22,380 nucleotides of DNA, from positions 2,733 through 25,112 of the forward strand of contig JBBIJB010000022.1 in assembly GCA_037446215.1 (NCBI GenBank), written 5' to 3'. A program made the translations under genes and the position numbers. Source of the DNA: Armatimonadota bacterium. Its GTDB lineage: Bacteria; Sysuimicrobiota; Sysuimicrobiia; Sysuimicrobiales; Humicultoraceae. Of the stretch, positions 8,930 through 16,114 are shown one piece after another (positions within the stretch are counted from its first letter, which is position 1; every line of letters begins with the position of its first letter). The notes below the pieces were generated by a model. That model was not told the origin of the DNA. It did not search any database and saw only the letters and a program-made list of their open reading frames with translations.

Positions 8930-9646
8930 CTAGAGTCCGAGGGCCTGCGCGGCCGCCCGGAGGTACGGGAGGGCCGCGGTGAGCACGACCGATACCAGGA
9001 GCGCCGGCAGAAGGCTGCCCACCCGGATCCGGCGTATCTGCAGTATCCCCAGGCCCAGCGCAATTATGAGCGCTCCTCCCGTGGCCGTCATCTCCCGCGT
9101 TACCTCCGGGGTCATCACTCCGCTGACGGCGGCGGCCGCCAGGGTAACTCCTCCCTGGTAGACCAGCACAGTGCCGGCCGAGAGCAGGACGCCCGCGCCG
9201 AGCGCGGCGCCGAGGGCAACGGAGGAGATCCCGTCGAGTAGCGACTTCGTGTACAGCAGCACCGGCGTCTGCCCGAGCCCGTCTTGGATTGCGCCGAGTA
9301 TCGTCATCGGGCCGACGCAGAACAGCAGGCTGCTGGTGACGAAGGCCTGGGCGGTTCCCCCGCCGGCCGCGACAGGCCCGGCGAGTCGCTCCGCCCACCG
9401 GCCGAGGGCGTCTATCCCTTCCTCGATGTGCAGCCCCTCGCCCAAGGCCGCGCCGAGGGCCAGGCTCACTATCACGCCCAGGATGTTCCTGGTCTGCAGC
9501 GCCATCTGGAGTCCGATCAGGAGCGTGGCCAGGCCGATGGCCGCCATCACCGCCTCTCGGACCCGCTCGGGGAGGCGCCTCTGCAGGCCCAGGCCCGCGG
9601 ATCCGCCCACCACGACGGCGATCACGTTCACGATGGTTCCTTCCAA
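8930..9646 (-). CDS. DUF554 family multi-pass membrane protein
   Basis: GTIVN start, FVTSSLLFCVGPMTILGAIQDG, KSLLDG motifs, multiple TM segments. TTG start. Confidence 0.88.
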   Translation of the reverse strand: MEGTIVNVIAVVVGGSAGLGLQRRLPERVREAVMAAIGLATLLIGLQMALQTRNILGVIVSLALGAALGEGLHIEEGIDALGRWAERLAGPVAAGGGTAQAFVTSSLLFCVGPMTILGAIQDGLGQTPVLLYTKSLLDGISSVALGAALGAGVLLSAGTVLVYQGGVTLAAAAVSGVMTPEVTREMTATGGALIIALGLGILQIRRIRVGSLLPALLVSVVLTAALPYLRAAAQALGL

Positions 9647-9647
9647 C

Positions 9648-10232
9648 TCAGGTCCCTTCCAGGCCCAACTCGGCCGCGACTCCCCGCATCGCCTCGATCA
9701 CTGTGGTCACGTGCTCGTCGAACGGGACCCCGAACTCCTCCGCGGAGCGCAGCAGCTCCTCGCGGGCCACCGCCCTCGCGAACGCCTTATCCTTCATCTT
9801 CCGGCGCACGGCGGCGGCGTCCACGTCGTGGACGCTGCGCGAGGGGCGCACGAGCGCGACCGCCGCGACGAAGCCGGTGAGGTCGTCGCACGCGTGCAGG
9901 GCCTTCTCCATCTTGGACTCCCTCGGCACGCCCGTGTATCCGGCGTGGGAGAGGACCGCGCGGGTAACCGCTTCGGGGTAGCCGGCGGAGCGCAGGTGCT
10001 CGGCGCCCCGGATCGGGTGGCCCGCCTCCTGCGACGGAAACCGCTCGTAGTCCAGGTCGTGCAGCAGCCCCACCAGCCCCCACAGCTCCTCATCCTCGCC
10101 GAGGCGCCGGGCGTAGTGCCGCATGGCGGCCTCCACGGCAAGCACGTGCTTCCGGAGGCTGGGGGTGGGGATCCATTCGCAGACCAGGGCCCACGCCTCT
10201 GCCCGCGGGGGTAGTGATGCCGCCTCGCTCAT
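9648..10232 (-). CDS. HD/HDIG domain metal-dependent phosphohydrolase
   Basis: H...HD...H...D pattern (KHVLAV, LLHDLDYE, LSHA, ACDDL). Start overlaps the parB stop. Confidence 0.88.
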   Translation of the reverse strand: MSEAASLPPRAEAWALVCEWIPTPSLRKHVLAVEAAMRHYARRLGEDEELWGLVGLLHDLDYERFPSQEAGHPIRGAEHLRSAGYPEAVTRAVLSHAGYTGVPRESKMEKALHACDDLTGFVAAVALVRPSRSVHDVDAAAVRRKMKDKAFARAVAREELLRSAEEFGVPFDEHVTTVIEAMRGVAAELGLEGT

Positions 10233-11134
10233 CTCGCTCCCCCTCCTGCTCCGGGTCGGAGCGCCAGCGCCTCCACCAGGCGCTCAAGGTCGTCCGTCGA
10301 GAAGAAAGCTATCCGAATCTCGCCGCCCCCTCCTCTCTTGACGCGCAGGCTGACCGGCGCGCCCAGCGATTCTCGGAGGGTTTGTTCAATGACGCTCAAC
10401 TCTGGGTCGCGAGCCTTGCGCTTCGCGCCTATTTCACGTGAAATGAGCCTCCTCGCGGCCTCTGCCTCCGTCTCCCTGACCGACATCCCCCTGGCCTCGA
10501 CCTTGCGCCAGACGAGGAGGAGTCTCTCGGGATCCGGGATCGCCAGCAGCGCGCGGGCGTGGCCTTCGGTGATCCGCCCAGCCTCTAGAGAGGCCTGGAC
10601 CTCCGCGGGCAGCGAGAGGAGGCGGACCGCGTTGGCAATCGTCGGTTGGCTCCTGCCGACCCTGCGCGCCACCTGCTCCTGCGTCAACCCGAACTCGTCT
10701 ATGAGCCGCCTGTACGCCCTTGCCCTCTCCATGGGGTTCAGGTCCTCGCGCTGGAGGTTCTCGACGAGGGCTACCTCGAGGGCGTTCCGGTCGTCCATCT
10801 GGCGGACCACGGCGGGCACGGAGCTCAGCCCGGCGGCCACGGCCGCTCGCCAGCGCCTCTCTCCCGCCACCAGCTCGTATCGGTCGCCGGATGGGCGAAG
10901 GAGCACCGGCTGCAGCACGCCGTGTTCGCGGATCGAGGCCTCCAGCTCTGCGAGCGGCTCGCGGTCAAACCCTGCGCGGGGCTGCAGCGAGTTCGGCCTG
11001 ATCCGGTCCACCGGGATCTCCGTGACGCCGGTCTCCGGCACGAGGCCGGCGCCGGGAATCAGGGCGCCCAGGCCCCGGCCGAGGGCACGGCGGGGCTGGC
11101 CGTGCTCAGGTGCCCTTGGTCTGGGGTCCTCCAC
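10229..11134 (-). CDS. parB: Chromosome partitioning protein ParB/Spo0J
   Basis: ALGRGL N-terminal peptide, QPR, GVLQP, GERRWRA (CTP-binding box), ENLQREDL, HTH, GHARALL. Confidence 0.97.
   Translation of the reverse strand: MEDPRPRAPEHGQPRRALGRGLGALIPGAGLVPETGVTEIPVDRIRPNSLQPRAGFDREPLAELEASIREHGVLQPVLLRPSGDRYELVAGERRWRAAVAAGLSSVPAVVRQMDDRNALEVALVENLQREDLNPMERARAYRRLIDEFGLTQEQVARRVGRSQPTIANAVRLLSLPAEVQASLEAGRITEGHARALLAIPDPERLLLVWRKVEARGMSVRETEAEAARRLISREIGAKRKARDPELSVIEQTLRESLGAPVSLRVKRGGGGEIRIAFFSTDDLERLVEALALRPGAGGGAR
10430..10445. promoter_or_regulatory. parS centromere-like site inside parB (TATTTCACGTGAAATG)
   Basis: Perfect 14-bp palindrome ATTTCACGTGAAAT (10431-10444) sharing the core of the consensus TGTTTCACGTGAAACA. 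Conspicuously AT-rich within a GC-rich gene. Confidence 0.8.
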
Positions 11135-11906
11135 GGCTTATCACCTCCTGGGCCAGTGATCTGTAGGCCTGGGCGCCGCGCGAGTCCGGGTCGTAGAGGG
11201 TGATCGGCTTGCCGTAGCTCGGCGCCTCGGCCAGCCTCACGCTGCGCGGCACGACCGTATCGAAGACCTTCTCCTTGAAGAATCGCCTGACCTCGCTCGC
11301 GACCTGCTCAGACAGGTTGGTGCGGGCATCGTACATGGTGAGCACGACGCCCCCGATGTCCAGGGCCGGGTTCAGGTGCTTCCGCACGAGCTCGATCGAG
11401 CGGAGCAACTGCCCGAGCCCTTCGAGCGCGTAGTACTCGCACTGGATCGGGATCAGCGCCTCTCCCGCGGCGGTCAAGGCGTTCACGGTCAGCATCCCCA
11501 GCGAGGGCGGGCAGTCGAGCAGCACCACCGGGTAGTCGGCCGGCATGAGCGCCGCCTCGAGCCTCCTCTCGGGAGAGCCGCTCCCGACGAGTTCGACTTC
11601 GGCGCCGGCAAGGTGGATCGTGCTTGGGGCCAGGTCCAGCCCGGGAACCTCTGTGGGGACTACCACCCTGCGCAGATCGACCCCATTCAGGAGCACGTCG
11701 TACAGGGAGCCGGTGGGCAGGTCGCGGCCGACGCCGAGCCCGCTGGTGCTGTTCGCCTGCGGGTCCAGGTCCGCAAGGAGGGTCCTGACTCCTGCCTCGG
11801 CAAGGCACGCGCCGAGGTTGACGGCCGTCGTGGACTTCCCGACGCCGCCTTTCTGGTTGACGATGGCGATGGTGCGCTTCACGGTCCCAGGACTACCATT
11901 CGTCAA
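11106..11906 (-). CDS. parA: Chromosome partitioning ATPase ParA/Soj
   Basis: Deviant Walker A NQKGGVGKSTT, DLDPQAN, DCPPSLG, QCEYYALEG, PRSVRLAEAPSYG. Start is TTG 11906 or GTG 11882. Confidence 0.97.
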   Translation of the reverse strand: MTNGSPGTVKRTIAIVNQKGGVGKSTTAVNLGACLAEAGVRTLLADLDPQANSTSGLGVGRDLPTGSLYDVLLNGVDLRRVVVPTEVPGLDLAPSTIHLAGAEVELVGSGSPERRLEAALMPADYPVVLLDCPPSLGMLTVNALTAAGEALIPIQCEYYALEGLGQLLRSIELVRKHLNPALDIGGVVLTMYDARTNLSEQVASEVRRFFKEKVFDTVVPRSVRLAEAPSYGKPITLYDPDSRGAQAYRSLAQEVISRGGPQTKGT

Positions 11907-11938
11907 GGAGGATCGCCCTTCCCTCTAGCCGGCAGGGC

Positions 11939-12712
11939 CTACACAGGCCTCCCGAGGGCAGGGCCCCGCCTTGGATACGGCTGAGGGGTTGGGGCGTGCT
12001 TCCGCAGCACGAGCGCGGCCGTCTTCCGGCCGGGCTCCGGGAAGGAGCGCACCTCGCAGGCTTCAACTGAGGCGCCCATGGCGCCCACCAGGGCGGCGAT
12101 CTCTCCGATCTCTTGCTCTACCGCGGGGCCCTTCAGCAGCACCGCCGCCCCGCCGACCTCGACCAGCGGCAGGGTGAGCTCCACCGAAACCGCGGTCCTG
12201 GCCGTGGCCCGCGAGACGACGACGCCGAACGCCTCCCTGAACCCCTCGGCGTGCCCCATCTCCTCGGCGCGGGACCAACGCACCGCCAGGTCCGGTAGGT
12301 TGAGCGAGGCCCTCACCTCCTCCAGGAAGGCGCACCGCTTGCGGGAGGCCTCGATCAGGACGACCTCCAGGTCGGGCCTGGCGATCTTCATCGGAACCCC
12401 AGGGAACCCGGCGCCGGACCCGACGTCAGCCAGCCTGCACCCTCGGGCCGGGCAGAGCACGGCGAGGGGCACAAGCGAGTCGAGGAAGTGGCGCAGGACT
12501 ACCTCGGTGTCCGAGGACGCCGAGGTGAGGTTCAGGCGCCCGCGCCAGCGAGCGATCTCTTCGAGGTAGGACCGGAAGCGCTCGCTTGCTCCTGGTGGAA
12601 GCGCAACACCGAGCGCCCCGGCGCCCTCCACCAGCTTTGCCAGGGCCGGGCTCACCCGGCCAGGGTCAAGGGTTGTCTCCGGGGGAAGTTGAGTGGTGCT
12701 CTTCTTTTCCAT
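11939..12712 (-). CDS. rsmG: 16S rRNA (guanine527-N7)-methyltransferase RsmG/GidB
   Basis: NLTS, HFLDSL, SAM motif DVGSGAGFPG, RAEE, VSRA, YPRR. Start position uncertain (ATG 12712 overlaps the jag end). Confidence 0.93.
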   Translation of the reverse strand: MEKKSTTQLPPETTLDPGRVSPALAKLVEGAGALGVALPPGASERFRSYLEEIARWRGRLNLTSASSDTEVVLRHFLDSLVPLAVLCPARGCRLADVGSGAGFPGVPMKIARPDLEVVLIEASRKRCAFLEEVRASLNLPDLAVRWSRAEEMGHAEGFREAFGVVVSRATARTAVSVELTLPLVEVGGAAVLLKGPAVEQEIGEIAALVGAMGASVEACEVRSFPEPGRKTAALVLRKHAPTPQPYPRRGPALGRPV

Positions 12713-13346
12713 GGTCTGGGCCCTCGCCCGGGGAGGCGGGCCTGACCACGACGTGCCTGTAGGGCTCCTCCCCGCTGCTCTCGGTCGCCACCCGAACATC
12801 GTCGCGAAGCGCGATGTGGGCCGCGCGGCGGTCCCTGGGCCCCATGGGCTCGAGGGCTACCGGCCTCCCCTGCGCGGCCGCCTGCTCGGCGGCACGATGA
12901 GCCGCCTCGGCGATCGCTTGCTCGTGCTTGGCGCGGTAGCCCATGGCGTCCACGGTCAGGGCGACGCGGCGGCCGAGTCGCTGTTGCACATGCAGGGCGA
13001 CCAGGAGCTCGAGGGCGTCGAGCGTACGCCCGTTCTTGCCTATGATCCCCTTGAGGTCGGGCCCCTTGAGTACCACCTGGATGCCGTCTTCCGACCGCGA
13101 GGCCTCGCCCTGGGCCTCGTGGCCCATCAGGCGAAGGATCTCTAGGGCGACGTCGCGGGCGACCTCGTGGTCCGCCTGGAGAGGCGACAGCCTCACCCGC
13201 GCCTCGCGGCCTCCAAACCCGAGGAGCGCGGGCCGCGGCTCCTGGAGCACCTCCACGGTCACCTGGTCCCGCGGCACACCCAGCTGGGCGAGCGCGGCCG
13301 CGATCGCCTCGGCGATAGTCCTCCCGGTACCCTCGGCCGTGTCCAT
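12666..13346 (-). CDS. jag: RNA-binding protein Jag/KhpB/EloR (Jag_N-KH-R3H)
   Basis: Jag_N (GRTIAEAIAAALAQLG...LLGFGG), KH GxxG (IIGKNGRTLDAL), R3H (RDRRAAH...SSGEEPYRHVVV). ATG at 13346 overlaps the yidC stop (TGATG). Confidence 0.93.
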   Translation of the reverse strand: MDTAEGTGRTIAEAIAAALAQLGVPRDQVTVEVLQEPRPALLGFGGREARVRLSPLQADHEVARDVALEILRLMGHEAQGEASRSEDGIQVVLKGPDLKGIIGKNGRTLDALELLVALHVQQRLGRRVALTVDAMGYRAKHEQAIAEAAHRAAEQAAAQGRPVALEPMGPRDRRAAHIALRDDVRVATESSGEEPYRHVVVRPASPGEGPDHGKEEHHSTSPGDNP

Positions 13347-14036
13347 CAGTCGCCCGAACCCTTCTTGGCCGCCTTCGCTGTCTGCGCGCGCGGCTTCCTG
13401 GGGGGCGCGACGCCGATCTTCTTGGGCAACCCAACGACGATCAGGTACTCGGCGATGTAGATGAACGTGGAAGAGATCCAGTAGAGGGACATGCCGACAG
13501 GGAACTGGGTCGAGAACCAGGCGATGAGGAAGGGCATGAACACGAACATCCTGGCCTGCTGGGGGTCGGTTATGGACAGCCGCTGCTGCATGTATGTCGA
13601 GGAGGGGGATCATGGCGATCAACGGGAACTCCCCGATCACGGCGAAGGTGGGGTGCGCCTCGAGGGCGACGCCGAGGAACGTCTCTCCACCGAACAGGTT
13701 GGGCCTGCGCAGCAGCGCGAACAGCGCCCAGAGCACGGGCAGCTGCGCGAGCATCGGCAGGCAGCCGCTGAACGGGTTGACCTTGTTGGCCTTGTAGAGG
13801 TTCATCACCTCGGCGTTGAGCTGCCGCGGATCCTCCTTGTACTTGCGGCGCAGCACCTCCATCTGGGGCGCAAGGGCCTGCATCGCCTTCATCGAGTTGA
13901 GCTGCTTGCGCGTGAGGGGGTGCAAGACCACCTTGATGGCGAGGGTGAGCGTCACGATGGCAAGGGAGTAGCTGTGGGTCACCCCGTAGATCGCCTGCAA
14001 TCCGACGTTGAGCGTCGTGGCTATCGCTTCTATCAA
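13346..14036 (-). CDS. yidC: Membrane protein insertase YidC (short form lacking the large periplasmic domain); reading frame broken at about 13598-13609
   Basis: N-half ([20 protein letters not shown]...[15 protein letters not shown]) is in the 14036 frame. C-half (TYMQQRL...[24 protein letters not shown]) is in a different frame ending at 13346. Canonical position between yidD and jag. Confidence 0.9.
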
Positions 14037-14257
14037 TGCCTTGCCTCCCTGGGAACCGGATCATAACCGCCTGGATTGAAGGGGTGGCACCTCGCGATGC
14101 GTCGGGCCGCGAGGAAGGCCCCGAGCGCCGGTCCGTGGCGCTCCACGGCCTCGGCGGCGTAGGACGAGCAGGAAGGGTAGAACCTGCAGGCGCGCGGCAG
14201 GAGCGGGGAGAGGAGCCGCTGGTAAGCGCGGATCAGAAGCAGGAGGAACCTCTTCAT
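14033..14257 (-). CDS. yidD: Membrane protein insertion efficiency factor YidD
   Basis: [35 protein letters not shown]. Confidence 0.96.
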   Translation of the reverse strand: MKRFLLLLIRAYQRLLSPLLPRACRFYPSCSSYAAEAVERHGPALGAFLAARRIARCHPFNPGGYDPVPREARH

Positions 14258-14616
14258 TGAGCGCCCTCGCCCTGGTCGCCCAGTAGTCCGGCCGAGCCAA
14301 GGGCCTGCTCGACCGACCCTCTCAACTCCGAGAAAGAGGCCTCCGCTGCCGACTCCCTCGGCGTCACCACGATCTCCGTTCCCGGCGCGATCCTGCGTGC
14401 CAGGGCGCGGACGGCCTCGCGTAGGCGCCGGCGCAGCCGGTTTCGCCGAACCGCGGAGCCAAAGCGCCTACCGACGGCAACTCCCAGGCGCACGCCTCCG
14501 CGGTCGCCTGGGAGGTAACGTATGACGACGAGCGGCGACGACCGGCGGCCGCCTTCGCGGTAGACGCGCCGGAACTCCTTCTCGCTCGCCAGGCGCTCAA
14601 GGGGGCCAGCGCACAC
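14254..14616 (-). CDS. rnpA: Ribonuclease P protein component
   Basis: [34 protein letters not shown] (RNR motif). Confidence 0.95.
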   Translation of the reverse strand: MCAGPLERLASEKEFRRVYREGGRRSSPLVVIRYLPGDRGGVRLGVAVGRRFGSAVRRNRLRRRLREAVRALARRIAPGTEIVVTPRESAAEASFSELRGSVEQALGSAGLLGDQGEGAQ

Positions 14617-14626
14617 GGCTCCGTCC

Positions 14627-14767
14627 TTAGCCTGAGACGGTGAGCCGATGCCTCCCCTTTGCCCTGCGGCGGCTGAGGGTACGGCGACCGCCGGGTGTGC
14701 GCATCCGGGAGCGGAACCCGTGGACCCGGCTGCGCGATCTGTTCTTAGGCTGAAAGGTGCGCTTCAC
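14627..14767 (-). CDS. rpmH: 50S ribosomal protein L34 (not in the ORF track)
   Basis: Manual translation [46 protein letters not shown] (46 aa). GTG start with SD AGGAGG. Confidence 0.97.
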   Translation of the reverse strand: MKRTFQPKNRSRSRVHGFRSRMRTPGGRRTLSRRRAKGRHRLTVSG

Positions 14768-14794
14768 GTTTGTGCCTCCTGGCAGAACAGAGAA

Positions 14795-14823
14795 ACTATA
14801 TCACAGGGTCCTTCCCGCGGCAA
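14795..14823 (-). promoter_or_regulatory. Sigma70-type promoter for the rpmH operon
   Basis: Minus strand TTGCCG-17 nt-TATAGT with extended -10 TG, 27 nt upstream of the rpmH start. Confidence 0.7.
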
Positions 14824-14884
14824 CGAACACCTCGCATCAAGGGACAACCTGCGATCGGGCCGATCGGTAGGGCCCCCGCGCGGG

Positions 14885-15143
14885 TGTTGGAAAGCTGTAG
14901 AAAACCGGGGGGGCTGTCCACATGTTTGTGCGCGGCCCGGTCACGGGGTCGCGCCTTCCCCCGCCTTTCTTCGGGTATTCCGGCCGGAAATCCACAGGGG
15001 GCCGTATGTTATACACATAGTTCTCCACACCTGTGGATAACCCCGGGGGTTCTCTTCCTGTTTGGGTTTCGGCCCGCTGGTCCCTGGAGGAGGAGCGGCG
15101 GCGAGAGGCGAAACCCCCCTACTGTCGGTCCGCGTTATCCACA
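14885..15143. promoter_or_regulatory. oriC part 1: DnaA-box cluster
   Basis: Consensus boxes TTATACACA 15009-17, TGTGGATAA 15032-40, TTATCCACA 15135-43. Near-consensus TTCTCCACA 15021-29, AAATCCACA 14988-96, CTGTCCACA 14914-22, TGTAGAAAA 14896-904, TGTTGGAAA 14885-93. Confidence 0.88.
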
Positions 15144-15258
15144 GGAGTGCCTCTCCGCTGACGGTCCCGGGGTCGTCGTGAAATCGGACGGTCGGCCGTG
15201 GGCCGGATAGGAGTCCATTGATGCGCGGGCAAACTATCGGCTGCGTGTGGCGGAGACG

Positions 15259-16053
15259 ATGTCGATACGTGAACTGATAGCAAAGGTTCTCGAGGAGCGC
15301 CGGTCGCTCGATGGCCCCGCAGAGGGTACCGATGATCCTGAGGTGCGGCTGGCGGTCTACGACTCCCCGCTGGCGGCTCCCCAGGTTCACTCCCTGCGAA
15401 GCGACGACTTCCGAACGCTGGTGGGCGAGATCTCCGCGCGCACCTACTCTGTGTCGAGGGAGCGGGGGGGCAAGATCCCCTTCGTGGTGATCCAGGAGAT
15501 AGTCGAGAACCTCATACACGCCTACTTCCGAAACGCGACGGTGACGATCCTCGACGACGGGAACACCATACGCGTGGCGGACGGCGGCCCCGGCATAGCC
15601 AACAAGGAGGGCGCGCGTCTCCCCGGGTTCTCGACCGCGACCTCAGAGATGCGCAGGCACATCCGGGGTGTGGGCAGCGGACTGCCGGTAGCCAGCGAGC
15701 AGATGAGCTTCCTTGGAGGGACGCTGACGATCGAGGACAACCTGGAGGCGGGTACCGTGGTGACCCTCAGCATCCGCCGCGCGCCCGAGCCCTCCGGCAT
15801 CCCCGCTCATGAACCGCCCGGCCGGCGGCCGCCCTCCATAACGGCACGCCAGAAGAAGGTGCTGCTCTTGATAGCGGAGCTGGGGGCGGCGGGGCCGACG
15901 TCGGTCGCAAAGGAGCTGGACATCAGCCACAGCACCGCCTACAGGGAGCTGCAGGCCCTGCAGGCCCTCAACCTCGTGAGCGGCAAGGGGCACGGCAGGC
16001 GCACCCTTACGGAAGAGGGAATCGCCTGCCTCGACGAGATCTTCAGGCCGTAG
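15259..16053 (+). CDS. GHKL (HATPase_c) ATPase/kinase domain fused to C-terminal winged helix-turn-helix; function unknown
   Basis: N-box QEIVENLIH, G1 DGGPGI, F-box PGFST, G2 GVGSGL, terminal GTVVTL. Pro-rich linker, then wHTH ITARQKKVL...TSVAKELDISHSTAYRELQAL...RRTLTEEG. Start ATG 15259 (SD GGCGGAG) or GTG 15247. Confidence 0.85.
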   Translation: MSIRELIAKVLEERRSLDGPAEGTDDPEVRLAVYDSPLAAPQVHSLRSDDFRTLVGEISARTYSVSRERGGKIPFVVIQEIVENLIHAYFRNATVTILDDGNTIRVADGGPGIANKEGARLPGFSTATSEMRRHIRGVGSGLPVASEQMSFLGGTLTIEDNLEAGTVVTLSIRRAPEPSGIPAHEPPGRRPPSITARQKKVLLLIAELGAAGPTSVAKELDISHSTAYRELQALQALNLVSGKGHGRRTLTEEGIACLDEIFRP

Positions 16054-16114
16054 GTGGCGGAGGGAGCCCTCCGCGCGCGGCCGCGAGACGGGAGAACCTG
16101 GAGAGGAGATAGGC

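Noticed and set aside
12666..14036. 456-aa YidC-Jag fusion taken at face value as a normal gene
   Set aside because: The middle segment of about 84 aa is out-of-frame sequence. The genuine YidC C-terminus is in another frame, and jag has its own coupled ATG. Treated as a frameshift instead (see findings).
14770..15210. ORFs of 63-146 aa across the rpmH-proximal intergenic region
   Set aside because: They overlap the promoter and DnaA-box cluster and show no protein motifs. The region is better explained as non-coding origin DNA.
15259..16053. Annotation as a conventional two-component sensor histidine kinase
   Set aside because: No recognisable H-box/HisKA domain, no sensor or TM region, and no adjacent response regulator. 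It has a C-terminal wHTH instead.
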